This document shows positions 37,924-47,538 of a stretch of DNA of 64,000 bases, one piece after another. The stretch spans positions 19,409-83,408 of the IMG/VR virus record IMGVR_UViG_3300020183_004379; one strand, given 5' to 3'. Under the pieces are notes generated by a model. That model was given only the letters and a program-made list of their open reading frames with translations. It was not told where the DNA came from and did no database searches. Position numbers and translations under genes: made by a program. The stretch is from a virus. The first letter of the stretch is position 1. Every line of letters starts with the position of its first letter.

Positions 37924-39194
37924 TGAAACTGTTCCTCTTCTGTGCTGCCTTTCAATGCCTGTGTTGAAGCATCTTTTTCTATGGTAGTGGTCACTCTATC
38001 GAAATAACTGGTACCTACTTCTCGCTGATGCTTGACTGCTTCAAATCCTCTGTCAGCGGCAGCGAACTCTTTCTCTTGTAGTTCCACAAATGCTGGCATG
38101 CCTTCCCTAGCATAGCCATGAGCCATATCAAACATATGGTAGTTAAGATTATGAAACCCAGCGAGTGTAATGAACTGGAACCGATAACCCATTGCTCCAA
38201 GCTCACGCTGGAAACGGCTAATTGTGTCTGCATCTAGATTCTTCCTCCAATTAAATGATGGTGAACAGTTGTATGCTAACATCTTGTTCGGGAAATGTCT
38301 ATGGATTCCTTCTGCAAAACGCCGCGCGAAATCAAGATCAGGTGTTCCAGTTTCACACCAGATAAGGTCTGCGTAGGGTGCGTAGGCGATTCCTCTGGCC
38401 AGAGCTTGATCGAATCCGTTGCGGGTGCGGTAGAATCCCTCTACAGTACGCTCGCCAGTGAGAAAAGGAAGATCACGATCATCTACATCGCTAGTGACAA
38501 GATTTCCAGCTTCGGCATCTGTGCGAGCAAGAAGGATGGTAGGAACGCCCAAGACATCGGCTGCCAGGCGAGCTGCCACCAGTTTGTTGACGGCTTCTTT
38601 TGTTGGTACAAGTACCTTGCCTCCCATATGGCCGCATTTTTTTACTGACGCCAGCTGATCTTCAAAATGCACTCCGGCAGCACCTGCTTCTATCATGTGC
38701 TTCATTAGCTCAAATGCATTTAGCACGCCACCGAACCCGGCCTCGGCATCGGCCACTATGGGTGCAAAAAAATCTCTGCTGCCGGTGCCTTCCATCCACT
38801 GGATCTGGTCTGCGCGGGCGAATGTGTTGTTGATCTTTCGCACCACTGCAGGAACTGAATCTACTGGATACAGGCTCTGATCCGGATACATCTCTCCTGC
38901 TGTGTTGGCATCACCTGCCACTTGCCAGCCTGACAGATATATGGCCTTGAGACCGGCCTTGACCTGTTGCAAGGCCTGCAGGCCTGTCATGGCTCCCAAG
39001 GTGTGTACATATGGTTCAGTCTGTAACAGTTCCCACAGGCGATTGGCACCTAGCTTGGCATGCGTGTGTTCCACTTGCCGGCTGCCTTGTAGGTCTACCA
39101 CATGCTCAGCAGAGTATTCGCGGCGCACACCGGCCCATCTGGGATTGATACTCCAGTCTTGCTGCATTTTTTTTATTCTTTGATCACGATTCAC
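37920..39194 (-). CDS. aceA: isocitrate lyase
   Basis: [28 protein letters not shown] catalytic loop, [16 protein letters not shown]. Confidence 0.97.
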   Translation of the reverse strand: MNRDQRIKKMQQDWSINPRWAGVRREYSAEHVVDLQGSRQVEHTHAKLGANRLWELLQTEPYVHTLGAMTGLQALQQVKAGLKAIYLSGWQVAGDANTAGEMYPDQSLYPVDSVPAVVRKINNTFARADQIQWMEGTGSRDFFAPIVADAEAGFGGVLNAFELMKHMIEAGAAGVHFEDQLASVKKCGHMGGKVLVPTKEAVNKLVAARLAADVLGVPTILLARTDAEAGNLVTSDVDDRDLPFLTGERTVEGFYRTRNGFDQALARGIAYAPYADLIWCETGTPDLDFARRFAEGIHRHFPNKMLAYNCSPSFNWRKNLDADTISRFQRELGAMGYRFQFITLAGFHNLNYHMFDMAHGYAREGMPAFVELQEKEFAAADRGFEAVKHQREVGTSYFDRVTTTIEKDASTQALKGSTEEEQFH

Positions 39195-39225
39195 AGTTGT
39201 TCCTTTTGATAAAGCAGTATTTACA

Positions 39226-39861
39226 CTAATCGTAGGTAACTGTGTCGGAATCTCCTAGTCGCCATTTGGGGTTAGTCTCGCACACATATTTCTTTGTGCA
39301 GACCTTGAAGTCGGGAAACAGCATTTCTTTGGGGTTGCTAGCCGCGTCGAAGAACAGGCAGCGATTGTTGGGTTGCGCGGCATACTGTCCGTTGGCCAGC
39401 TGTATGAAATTAAAGCTCTTGTGGTCTTCAGGCCATTCGGAATAACTGGTGTCCAGGACATTTAGATCAGGCGCGGCATTGTCCACTGTGAACATGTAGT
39501 CGCCTGCGTACATGTTTTTGTCTTTGGCATAAAACTTGCATGTGAGATTGCGCAGGAACGCTTTCTGTATCACAGCGATGTCGTAGCTGAAACAGTCCCA
39601 TATCTGCAAGGTGTCTAAAGGTAAAAATTGCTCAGGGTCAATATCCTCTGTGCGTGACACATACGCATGCAGAGGTAGTTTGTCATAAAGTGCTCCATAG
39701 CGTGGAAGATAACTTTCTATACGAAATGCCTGGCTGCGCAGGCTCTTGATTGTGACCCAGATACAGGGTTCATACTCTCCATAGCCCTGTTTGAAATCGT
39801 ACAGGAATTCTTTTCGCACCCAGCAGTGCACCGGCGGGAGATTAGCGACCAGGAAGCTCAT
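39226..39861 (-). CDS. phage hypothetical protein
   Basis: [10 protein letters not shown]...AAQPNNR; long clean ORF. Confidence 0.8.
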   Translation of the reverse strand: MSFLVANLPPVHCWVRKEFLYDFKQGYGEYEPCIWVTIKSLRSQAFRIESYLPRYGALYDKLPLHAYVSRTEDIDPEQFLPLDTLQIWDCFSYDIAVIQKAFLRNLTCKFYAKDKNMYAGDYMFTVDNAAPDLNVLDTSYSEWPEDHKSFNFIQLANGQYAAQPNNRCLFFDAASNPKEMLFPDFKVCTKKYVCETNPKWRLGDSDTVTYD

Positions 39862-40165
39862 GTTGTATTGATTTGATTTCTTTGAGATCTTGATGCGTTT
39901 GTTCCAGCAGAGTCTGCGCTGTGTCTACTCGTTGCAGGATGTCTGTCCACCAGAACACCATGTTGTACAGCGTTTTGACTACCCAGACGGTCCAAGCAGA
40001 GATGATCACAAACAAGGATCCGATGATCCACTGAGTGGTAATTCCAACAGTGCCGAGATCAAATACATGATATGCTGCCCATAGAAACAAAGTGCAAACA
40101 AATACCACAGCAGAGATTTTGTATCCCCACTGGCATTCTTTGCATGCAGTTGATGTTGGGGTCAT
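39842..40165 (-). CDS. membrane protein
   Basis: Two TM segments; ATGA-coupled to dps. Confidence 0.6.
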   Translation of the reverse strand: MTPTSTACKECQWGYKISAVVFVCTLFLWAAYHVFDLGTVGITTQWIIGSLFVIISAWTVWVVKTLYNMVFWWTDILQRVDTAQTLLEQTHQDLKEIKSIQHELPGR

Positions 40166-40596
40166 TGCAGTGTAGAGCGTAACATCCATGAATGCTTGCG
40201 ATGTGCATCCATGCGATTGGCCAGGAAATCTGCTAGGCCTTCTTCACCTAACTCTGTTGCGATGTCAAACACATACTTCAAAATCTTTACCATTTTATCA
40301 CTATCATCTAACAACTCGGCGACCATATCGCCGTCGTCAGGAATACTGGTTTCATCTTCAATTTGACTCAACATACTGAATCTTGTGTAGCTGGCAGGAA
40401 CAAAAGCTCCAGCACTGCGAATTTCTTCTGCAAACTGATCAATGCTGCCATACACTTCCTCGTATATTTTGCCAAATAGATCATGTAGTTGACTGAAAAA
40501 AGGTCCAGTCACATTCCAGTGATAATTATGCGCTTTTAGATAAAAACTAAATTCACTTGCAAAAGCTATTTTCAGTGCTTTGTGTAGTTGTTCCAT
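40162..40596 (-). CDS. dps: Dps / ferritin-like DNA starvation protein
   Basis: KAHNYHWNVTG..F..LH..F...Y...ID..AE, WML. Confidence 0.92.
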   Translation of the reverse strand: MEQLHKALKIAFASEFSFYLKAHNYHWNVTGPFFSQLHDLFGKIYEEVYGSIDQFAEEIRSAGAFVPASYTRFSMLSQIEDETSIPDDGDMVAELLDDSDKMVKILKYVFDIATELGEEGLADFLANRMDAHRKHSWMLRSTLQ

Positions 40597-40612
40597 TGTG
40601 TTGTCCTAATAA

Positions 40613-41659
40613 TCAACTATCGTCTGCAGGAGCTGCTCTGGTGCCGCCACTGCCGTATCGAAAATTTTCTGCCAACTCCGATGACGACAATGATGGTTCT
40701 TGTGTAAGCAATCGCCAGGTACTTGCTACTTTAATATAAGTTTCGTCAACTTCTATCCAATTGGATTCATCTGTTTTGATATAGGTATTGGTAACTGGCT
40801 TCCATACACCATCTACTTTTACATAAGGCATAGAAACTGGTTCCAGCGATACGATCATATGTCCAGGAGTGCCACTTGTGCCACTTGATCCAACTTTTGC
40901 TGATACTCCGCCAGTGGCGTAAGTAGGTGTCACTGTGTATTCATCAATGCTGGGAGGAGTTCTACCACTGCCTGTGTATGTGGTCGCGCTTACAACTGCG
41001 CCACCAACTGAGGCTACAAAACTTGCACCAGTTCCTCCAGCTAACGCACCTTGGTCGCCGCTGCGTAGTCCGCCGTACACACCACCAAACTTTCCACCAC
41101 CACCACCACCGCCACCGCCACCGTCGCCGTTTTTACCTTGACCGTTTTGCCCAGTGCTACTGCTATTTGCACCAGTGGAAGGCGTTGCACTTGCATTTGC
41201 GCCGGCGGTAGTGCCAACATTGCCGCCGCCGCCGCCACCTCCTCCGCCGGCTGCAATAGCAATTATGGTATCATTAAGCAACAGTACTGATGCACCTCCT
41301 CCACCTCCGCCACTGCCAGAAGTGCCTCTTGCTCCGCAAGGCCCGCCTGTGCCGCCGCCGTAACGATTATTGCTAGTATCAATGTAAGATGCACCTGCTG
41401 CGCCACCAGAAGTGCGTTTACCATTAGTGCCTGCTATTCCTTTATCGCCAATACCAAATTCTAGTACATCTCCTGCGGAAAGATTAAGGACAATTTTAAT
41501 TGCATTACCGCAGGCTCCTGCACCCCCTGCGCCAGGATTATCGTCGCCGCCTGCTCCGCCGCCGGCACCCCATAGATAAACAGTAGCTTGTGGCTGAAAC
41601 CCAGCTGGTATTGTGATTCGTTGTGCGCGAGAAACAAATTGAAAATTGTACAAAGGCAT
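40613..41659 (-). CDS. glycine-rich virion (tail fibre-associated) protein
   Basis: WGAGGGAGG, GGGGGAS, IAAGGGGGGG; C-terminal YVKVDGVWK repeats. Confidence 0.75.
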   Translation of the reverse strand: MPLYNFQFVSRAQRITIPAGFQPQATVYLWGAGGGAGGDDNPGAGGAGACGNAIKIVLNLSAGDVLEFGIGDKGIAGTNGKRTSGGAAGASYIDTSNNRYGGGTGGPCGARGTSGSGGGGGGASVLLLNDTIIAIAAGGGGGGGGGNVGTTAGANASATPSTGANSSSTGQNGQGKNGDGGGGGGGGGGKFGGVYGGLRSGDQGALAGGTGASFVASVGGAVVSATTYTGSGRTPPSIDEYTVTPTYATGGVSAKVGSSGTSGTPGHMIVSLEPVSMPYVKVDGVWKPVTNTYIKTDESNWIEVDETYIKVASTWRLLTQEPSLSSSELAENFRYGSGGTRAAPADDS

Positions 41660-41661
41660 AG

Positions 41662-41940
41662 TTATTTTTTCGCAGTCTTGGCAGCATCTCGCCAGGCCTG
41701 TGCAGTTGGCGCTTTGGGATGATCTTTGTCTCTGCTGGTGCCTGCTTTCTTGCGTTTGTTCACATTGTAGTACAGGCCTTTGTTTTCTTCAGATTCCTCC
41801 ACTGGCACACAGTTGTTCACACGCACGCCGCCCTTCATCTTGGTGCCTTGTTTTTTGTAACCAGTCCAGCACTTGGGATCTAAACGCTGTTTGTCTTCAT
41901 TTTTTGCATCCAATGCTTCAAACAATTCGTATATTAACAT
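41662..41940 (-). CDS. small putative internal head protein with two modules
   Basis: MLIYELFE leader; CWTGYK...NNCVP module, then EE-linked GLYYNVNKRKKAG module. Confidence 0.65.
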   Translation of the reverse strand: MLIYELFEALDAKNEDKQRLDPKCWTGYKKQGTKMKGGVRVNNCVPVEESEENKGLYYNVNKRKKAGTSRDKDHPKAPTAQAWRDAAKTAKK

Positions 41941-42653
41941 TATTGTATTCCTTTTGTTGCTATGCGCTTAAGATTGCTGGTCATAGTTTGAGCAGCTTGA
42001 TTGTTTTTCAAAATTGGTTCTATGGCATTAACCACATGTGCCAATTGTTCTGCATCAGCAGCAGTGGTATGCTGGGGATCTTTTTCTATAGCATCAACAG
42101 TTTTTTGTATGTTCAATGAAGGGTCAAGTTTTTTTAGACCTGTAATATTCTTGGTGAGATCTGCGGTTTGTTTAAGTTTTAATGCTGCCTGTTGGCTGTC
42201 TATTTGTTGTCCAGGTTGACCAGTTTGACCAGTTTGACCAGTTTGACCAGGTTGGTCAGGTTGACCAGGTTGAACGGGTTGATCATTGGCTTTGCTGGCC
42301 AAACTAGATTTTTGATCGCCTTGTGCTTGTAAAGCAGGATTAGTGTTGGCTGTGCCCACACCCGGTGGATTGATCTGTGCCACAGGACTGTTAGGTTGAT
42401 CTGGGTTGGATTTATTCTGCGCAAGATTACCAACTTCAAACATTTTATATTCCAACATGAGACTTTCTACTAGATCTTGATCATAGTATTCTTCTTTGCT
42501 TTCATTGGCCCCAACCAGGCGTCCTGCAAAAGGATGTTTTTTACTGATGCCCCTGGTGGCCTTCTCATGACCGCGTACTTGGTCTCCAGCCTTTTGTTTT
42601 GGCTCTCCAGCAAATTTATCAATGCTCTCTAAGAGCTTGCGCATATCGCTCAT
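41940..42653 (-). CDS. putative internal head protein, Gln/Pro/Gly-rich
   Basis: MSDMRKLLE leader; QPG/QTG repeats. Confidence 0.65.
   Translation of the reverse strand: MSDMRKLLESIDKFAGEPKQKAGDQVRGHEKATRGISKKHPFAGRLVGANESKEEYYDQDLVESLMLEYKMFEVGNLAQNKSNPDQPNSPVAQINPPGVGTANTNPALQAQGDQKSSLASKANDQPVQPGQPDQPGQTGQTGQTGQPGQQIDSQQAALKLKQTADLTKNITGLKKLDPSLNIQKTVDAIEKDPQHTTAADAEQLAHVVNAIEPILKNNQAAQTMTSNLKRIATKGIQ
42211..42280. repeat. 9-bp tandem repeat (GACCAGTTT-like) encoding QPG/QTG
   Basis: ccaggttgaccagtttgaccagtttgaccagtttgaccaggttggtcaggttgaccaggttg. Confidence 0.8.
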
Positions 42654-42829
42654 TTTTTCTTCCTTGGTTTTTTGACCGGCTGCTGAAAAGGGTTATCTCT
42701 CTGTTGATAATCTCCGCCAAACAAAGTGCCTGCACCTGGCTTTATAAAACTGGCCATGCCACCAGCACTAGAACTTCCGCTGCTGGCAAATTCTTGCAAA
42801 TGTTTTGAAACTATTTCTTTTATTTTCAT
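42650..42829 (-). CDS. small putative internal head protein (59 aa, below cutoff)
   Basis: MKIKEIVSKHLQE-FASSGSSSAGGMAS...; TAAATA 5 nt upstream; ATGA-coupled downstream. Confidence 0.7.
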   Translation of the reverse strand: MKIKEIVSKHLQEFASSGSSSAGGMASFIKPGAGTLFGGDYQQRDNPFQQPVKKPRKKK

Positions 42830-42837
42830 TATAGTAT

Positions 42838-43164
42838 TTACTCAAGTAAAAACTGTGCCTGAGGTATGCTCACAGTGTTAAGTTTAATATTTTTTAATGA
42901 CACATTCAGCCAACCACTTGGGTCCTGGATTGTCAATTTATAATTGCCGTGGTCAAGACTCAGGTAGTGTGTTTCGTGTATATAAAATGGATTGAAAATA
43001 TCAAACATTCTATCACTTAATAGTTCATTGCTAGGCTCTAGGTAGATCCGATAAGGCACCTGTTTTCCAAGCGCACGCAGCCCTCTACCCATTGGATCTT
43101 TGAGCATTTTTTCTGTGTTCAAAGTCCAATGAACTTCGTACTCTAGTTTTACAGGTTGTTTCAT
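42838..43164 (-). CDS. phage hypothetical protein
   Basis: ATGA-coupled. Confidence 0.6.
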   Translation of the reverse strand: MKQPVKLEYEVHWTLNTEKMLKDPMGRGLRALGKQVPYRIYLEPSNELLSDRMFDIFNPFYIHETHYLSLDHGNYKLTIQDPSGWLNVSLKNIKLNTVSIPQAQFLLE

Positions 43165-45071
43165 TTCTTAAATGCTCTAGATCTAATTCCGCCTTGTCTG
43201 CGAATGCGTTCTAACTCTTGGTGCGCCAGTTCTATTTCTTGTGCAATAGGATCAAGGTTCAAGTTTTTTAATTTCTTGTACACATGCTCCCACATGGCAG
43301 CATTGTCAAGATGTTCACCGTTCCGCTCTAGCTCGGCGGCAAATTCTTTTACTCTGCGAATCATACTCTGTTTCCAGCCGCGTAAGGTCATGCGACCCAT
43401 GCCCACATCAGGTGCAAATTCGCTGTTGTAGGGATCTGCCTTGTCATATTGATACAGGCTTTCTTCAACATCGTCTTCTGGCAGTTGATGTGTCTTTTTC
43501 AAGGTTTTGAACCTGTTTTTTTTGTAGTCCAAGCCTAGATGTTTGGAGTGGTCGTCTGCTTCCTGCACAGCCACACACGCAACAGGCACACTGATTTTGT
43601 CTTGATTGTGTATGTCAACAACCACAAATTTGCCTGCATAACCAAATGATTCAACGATTCCTGACAAGTTGGTCATAGGTCCTGCTGTGACCGTTACTAT
43701 GTCTCCGATAGCAATCTGAGACTCTGTGGCCAGCATGCGCTTGATATTTCCTATTCTTGCAGCAATATCTCTGTGCTTGGTCCAAACTCTGTGATCATCA
43801 CTGTACTCATAGTCTCTGTCAAACACACGTTCTAGATCTGCCAGTTGTTGTTCTAACTCTTGACGTTTTTCTGGAGACAAAGGCTCAGGTTTGGTCACAG
43901 GCATTTCTCTGCGCAGTGGCTCTTCATTGGTTTTTTCTTTAGAATTTTTTGGATAGCCATGTCGAATTTCTAATGCATATCCTGATAATCCTTGTTTGTT
44001 TAATACATTAGTGATAAATTTTTCTGCTTCTCGAGCATTGCTAAATTTATCACCAAGATTATATTGTCTTACTTCGCCGTCTATTATCACAGTAGCGATT
44101 GTAATTGGTTTAACAGGTTCAGAAGCCTGTGCAGGTGCTCCTAATAAATTAGCAGCGGCTAGTGCAGCTCCGGCTGCTTTACTTTTCCATCCTTCTTCAA
44201 CATCGTCTTCTGGCAGTTGATGTGTCTTTTTCATGGCTTTGAACCTGTTCTTCTTGTAGTGTAGGTGCAGATTTTCATAACTATCCTCATCAAACTCGTC
44301 TTCTGCCAATTGTGCATCGTTGTTGGGCACAGCATCCTGTTTGGGAGTTTTAGATTTCTTGGTCTGGTTGGTAGATACTTTTACAAGATCTTTTTTTGCA
44401 TTTTTCATTTTAGCCGCAGGAGGCTCAACAGGTTCCGGAGTGCCATGCGGAATTTTGTCAAGTATATGCCCTAGCTCTGGGTCAGTGCGCCCGTACAGTT
44501 GTTGTAAAAATTCTTTGCGTTGTTCTGGATTGTCACGCACTTGATTCCATAATTCTCGAGTTTGAGTTCCGTGACTGGCGTCGTAACTCTGGCCACCTAT
44601 GTTAATGCTCTGCGGATATTCAGGTGCAATGATCACATACCCGTGCTCATCGGCAGTTTTGAAATCTTTGCTGTCATTTGGTACTGGTTGGAAAAACCCC
44701 GGGCTACCATCTTTTTTTACACGCCCTGGCTGAAGTCTTTTTTCGTCTGGTTGTCCTATTGCAGTAATGAAAATTATTTGATCTTTGATTGATTCAAATT
44801 GCGCAGGCAAATCATATACTTTGCTGCTTTCAATCACTTGATTGTCAGGAACCCCCATGGCATGCATGAAGCGTATTTTATCACCAAAGTTGAATGGACT
44901 TTTTACACCGTCGGTGTTATTACTAGTGATAATAAAAACATTGTCGCTACCAAATTTGCGTTGCAAACTAGCAAAAACTTCACGGTGCCCTTTGTGGAAA
45001 GGTTGAAAACGCCCAGGATATGTTACAATAATCCTTTTGGCTTTATTTTCAAACAAGTGCGCAATAAACAT
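43161..45071 (-). CDS. multi-module late protein: N-terminal cytidyltransferase-like domain plus KOW and other modules
   Basis: YPGRFQPFHKGH (HxGH), SPF.F..K; KOW IGDIVTVTAGPMTNLSGIVE; duplicated linker. Confidence 0.8.
   Translation of the reverse strand: MFIAHLFENKAKRIIVTYPGRFQPFHKGHREVFASLQRKFGSDNVFIITSNNTDGVKSPFNFGDKIRFMHAMGVPDNQVIESSKVYDLPAQFESIKDQIIFITAIGQPDEKRLQPGRVKKDGSPGFFQPVPNDSKDFKTADEHGYVIIAPEYPQSINIGGQSYDASHGTQTRELWNQVRDNPEQRKEFLQQLYGRTDPELGHILDKIPHGTPEPVEPPAAKMKNAKKDLVKVSTNQTKKSKTPKQDAVPNNDAQLAEDEFDEDSYENLHLHYKKNRFKAMKKTHQLPEDDVEEGWKSKAAGAALAAANLLGAPAQASEPVKPITIATVIIDGEVRQYNLGDKFSNAREAEKFITNVLNKQGLSGYALEIRHGYPKNSKEKTNEEPLRREMPVTKPEPLSPEKRQELEQQLADLERVFDRDYEYSDDHRVWTKHRDIAARIGNIKRMLATESQIAIGDIVTVTAGPMTNLSGIVESFGYAGKFVVVDIHNQDKISVPVACVAVQEADDHSKHLGLDYKKNRFKTLKKTHQLPEDDVEESLYQYDKADPYNSEFAPDVGMGRMTLRGWKQSMIRRVKEFAAELERNGEHLDNAAMWEHVYKKLKNLNLDPIAQEIELAHQELERIRRQGGIRSRAFKK
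43461..44233. repeat. 41-bp exact direct repeat (43461-43501 and 44193-44233) within a longer imperfect repeat
   Basis: ttcttcaacatcgtcttctggcagttgatgtgtctttttca twice; encodes YKKNRFKxxKKTHQLPEDDVEE. Confidence 0.9.
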
Positions 45072-45112
45072 AGTAATCTTTACTCCAGATCACTTATTTA
45101 TGCTGGTTTAGA

Positions 45113-45637
45113 CTACAGGCGTTCCAGTAACCAAATGTAAAAAGGTGTGCTAAAACGCAGCTTGTACACGCCGTTGAACCCAAGATTTACACAGCGTTCT
45201 AACATCTGTAGTTCTGTTCCGTTGATTTGTGCAGGAGAATCAAGCTCGTATATTGACTCTTCGTATATCAAGTTTTCAAGATTCATGCTGTCAATTTTGA
45301 CTTGTTCAATGTTTAGTAACACATCTCTTGTGTAAGCACCGTCGTCATTGAATCCGCAGGTGTCAGTTGGCAGTTTATTTTTGAGCCGTATGCCCAGCAC
45401 ATGCTGCCCCGGTCCTAGATCTATGCTGAATTTTTCAGTGTGTAAAGTTTGCAGCACCTGAGTAGCTGTCATGAAATCCTGTCCAGGGATTCCTTTCTTA
45501 CTAGGAGGTGCTGCAATAACACTGTCAACAACGATTTGATCATTGACCAGTATTTCAAACGCTGGATTGCGATTACCCCAGTAGGTGCCACTTAGGGTAA
45601 TCTCAAAGTCTAATTTTTGAATACTATCGTTGCTCAC
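45113..45637 (-). CDS. hypothetical beta-sandwich protein (probable GTG start)
   Basis: C-terminal FSTPFYIWLLERL; packed. Confidence 0.65.
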   Translation of the reverse strand: MSNDSIQKLDFEITLSGTYWGNRNPAFEILVNDQIVVDSVIAAPPSKKGIPGQDFMTATQVLQTLHTEKFSIDLGPGQHVLGIRLKNKLPTDTCGFNDDGAYTRDVLLNIEQVKIDSMNLENLIYEESIYELDSPAQINGTELQMLERCVNLGFNGVYKLRFSTPFYIWLLERL

Positions 45638-46562
45638 TTGGTGTAGGATTGGTCTGAGCATGGGCCTGTTGGGCCATGGTAGTAATATCCAGTTTTGCAA
45701 TATCACCCTGGAATTCATAATGTCCAATGTGATTCAACAGAGTTTTACTATGCGCCCAGATCTCGCCACCTAATGTTTGCCAGCGACGGCAGAAAGTCCA
45801 GTCTTCGCTCAAGTAATGACCGCGATGATCAATTTCAGTATCAAAAATAGCATACATCATGGGTTCGTATTGTTTGCCTAGACCAATGTCGTCTACATAC
45901 TTGGTCTCTGGATGAGCCTTGATCAACTTTTCGTATACCTGGCGCTTGAACAACAGGAAGCCTGTGCCCATGGTATCCACTGTGTAAATATCACCTTGTA
46001 CAGTAACCTGTGGCTTTAGGTTAATAACATAGTTGATAGGCAGACTTTTCTTTGGATACAATCCGCCGATCACTTCTTTATCATAAGCCATCATTTGCAA
46101 AATGCTTTCAGGTTGAAAACGAATGTCTGCATCAATAAACATAAAATGTGTGGCACTTTGATTAGTCATCATCTTGGCCATCAAATTGTTACGACCACGA
46201 GGAATCAGACTTTCATTTACCATGGTGTCTAGGCTCCAGTTCAGACCCACTTGCTGTGCTATCAGCACAAAGCGCAAGAAACTGGTCATTGTGGGTTCAC
46301 TGACCATGCCACCATAGCAGGGAATACCAATATGTAAATGGCATTTCGAAAAATCATACGGTGTGCCTTGTTGTTGCGCAGTGGTTTGCTGTTGCTGAAC
46401 TTTGGCAATCTCGTCCAGCACACGGCGTTGTTCAGCAGCACCAGGCGCGCCAGTCATTGGTTGACCGGGTGGGGTGCCGCCGCCAGGCGCAGCAGGTTGG
46501 GCTGTTGTAGGTCCAGGGATAACTATTTTTTTTCCCTTGCGGGGTGCGTTTTGATCTGACAT
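45624..46562 (-). CDS. GT-A-type glycosyltransferase-like late protein
   Basis: IGIPCYGG, NESLIPRGRN, FMFIDADI (DxD), GTGFLL, LSEDWTFC; TAAATA at 46590-46595. Confidence 0.75.
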   Translation of the reverse strand: MSDQNAPRKGKKIVIPGPTTAQPAAPGGGTPPGQPMTGAPGAAEQRRVLDEIAKVQQQQTTAQQQGTPYDFSKCHLHIGIPCYGGMVSEPTMTSFLRFVLIAQQVGLNWSLDTMVNESLIPRGRNNLMAKMMTNQSATHFMFIDADIRFQPESILQMMAYDKEVIGGLYPKKSLPINYVINLKPQVTVQGDIYTVDTMGTGFLLFKRQVYEKLIKAHPETKYVDDIGLGKQYEPMMYAIFDTEIDHRGHYLSEDWTFCRRWQTLGGEIWAHSKTLLNHIGHYEFQGDIAKLDITTMAQQAHAQTNPTPSEQR

Positions 46563-46617
46563 TTAGGTCCTCTTTGAAAAACAGTTCTGTATTTACTTTG
46601 GCATGGCAGATGCCGTT

Positions 46618-46785
46618 TTATTTTGCTTCTTCGACTTCAACAATTACACCTTCGCCTACTAGTTCTTGTGTTACTTGTTCTAACGCGATAGCTGTATCAG
46701 CAGTGATCAATTGGGGCGTACTGCTATTGTCCTTAACCAATTTACTTACTTTAATGATTAATACTTCTTCATGAATTGTGGCCAT
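46618..46785 (-). CDS. small hypothetical protein (55 aa, below cutoff)
   Basis: MATIHEEVLIIKVSKLVK...; AGGAG SD; TAAATA at 46810-46815. Confidence 0.7.
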   Translation of the reverse strand: MATIHEEVLIIKVSKLVKDNSSTPQLITADTAIALEQVTQELVGEGVIVEVEEAK

Positions 46786-46812
46786 TTTGAGCTCCTGACA
46801 TAATATATGTAT

Positions 46813-47538
46813 TTATTGTGTTTTAGAGCTTATTCTAAATTCTTCTAGTCGACCAACCATATTGGCATCTATCATGCTAAACATAGTGGTTATTTGTTTA
46901 TCTTTGACATAAATGTAACCTCCCCAAATCCAGCCACCTCTTTCCAATTGTTCCCAAAGACTTCGAGGAACCTTAACTTCGTCGCCTAGTTGTAACAGAT
47001 AATTTTTTAAGTTTGTTTTTGAATCTATATTATATCGCCCGTCACGGATAATAAGTCTATAGGGCCAATCAATCTTTTTCTTTTTAAGCACAAATCCTTG
47101 TTTCAATAGGTCTGCGTTCTGTTGGTTTTCTGGACACATTACACTTACAAAGTGACTGTTGTCAGTGTGTCTCAGCTTCAGAGAAAGATCTTTTAATGTT
47201 GTAACGTCACTGCTGTAGAATTGAATATGAGGATCTTCAATTCTAACTTTTAAGTTTCCGAGGCGGCTGGTATCTTCTGCGTAGACTATATTCTTAATAA
47301 GTTTCAACAGGTGAACATCCTCATCAGTCAACTGTCTTGTTTGCCGCCAACTGCCTCCGTAACTGTAGGCTCGTTGATTGTAATGGGTGATTTCATAATC
47401 CAATTTTGCTGGGTCACGCAATAATCTACTGCCAAAGCTCAACATGCTCAAACGGTACATGTACTGACCGTGAAGCAGTTTCTTGGTAACCAAAATTTGG
47501 ATACTAGGATTTAATGCCGTCCAGAACGATGTATCCAT
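46813..47538 (-). CDS. phage hypothetical protein
   Basis: Long packed ORF. Confidence 0.7.
   Translation of the reverse strand: MDTSFWTALNPSIQILVTKKLLHGQYMYRLSMLSFGSRLLRDPAKLDYEITHYNQRAYSYGGSWRQTRQLTDEDVHLLKLIKNIVYAEDTSRLGNLKVRIEDPHIQFYSSDVTTLKDLSLKLRHTDNSHFVSVMCPENQQNADLLKQGFVLKKKKIDWPYRLIIRDGRYNIDSKTNLKNYLLQLGDEVKVPRSLWEQLERGGWIWGGYIYVKDKQITTMFSMIDANMVGRLEEFRISSKTQ

Noticed and set aside
40900-41570. GC-rich (CCG/CCA)n runs as a repeat element
   Set aside because: They simply encode poly-Gly tracts of the glycine-rich protein.
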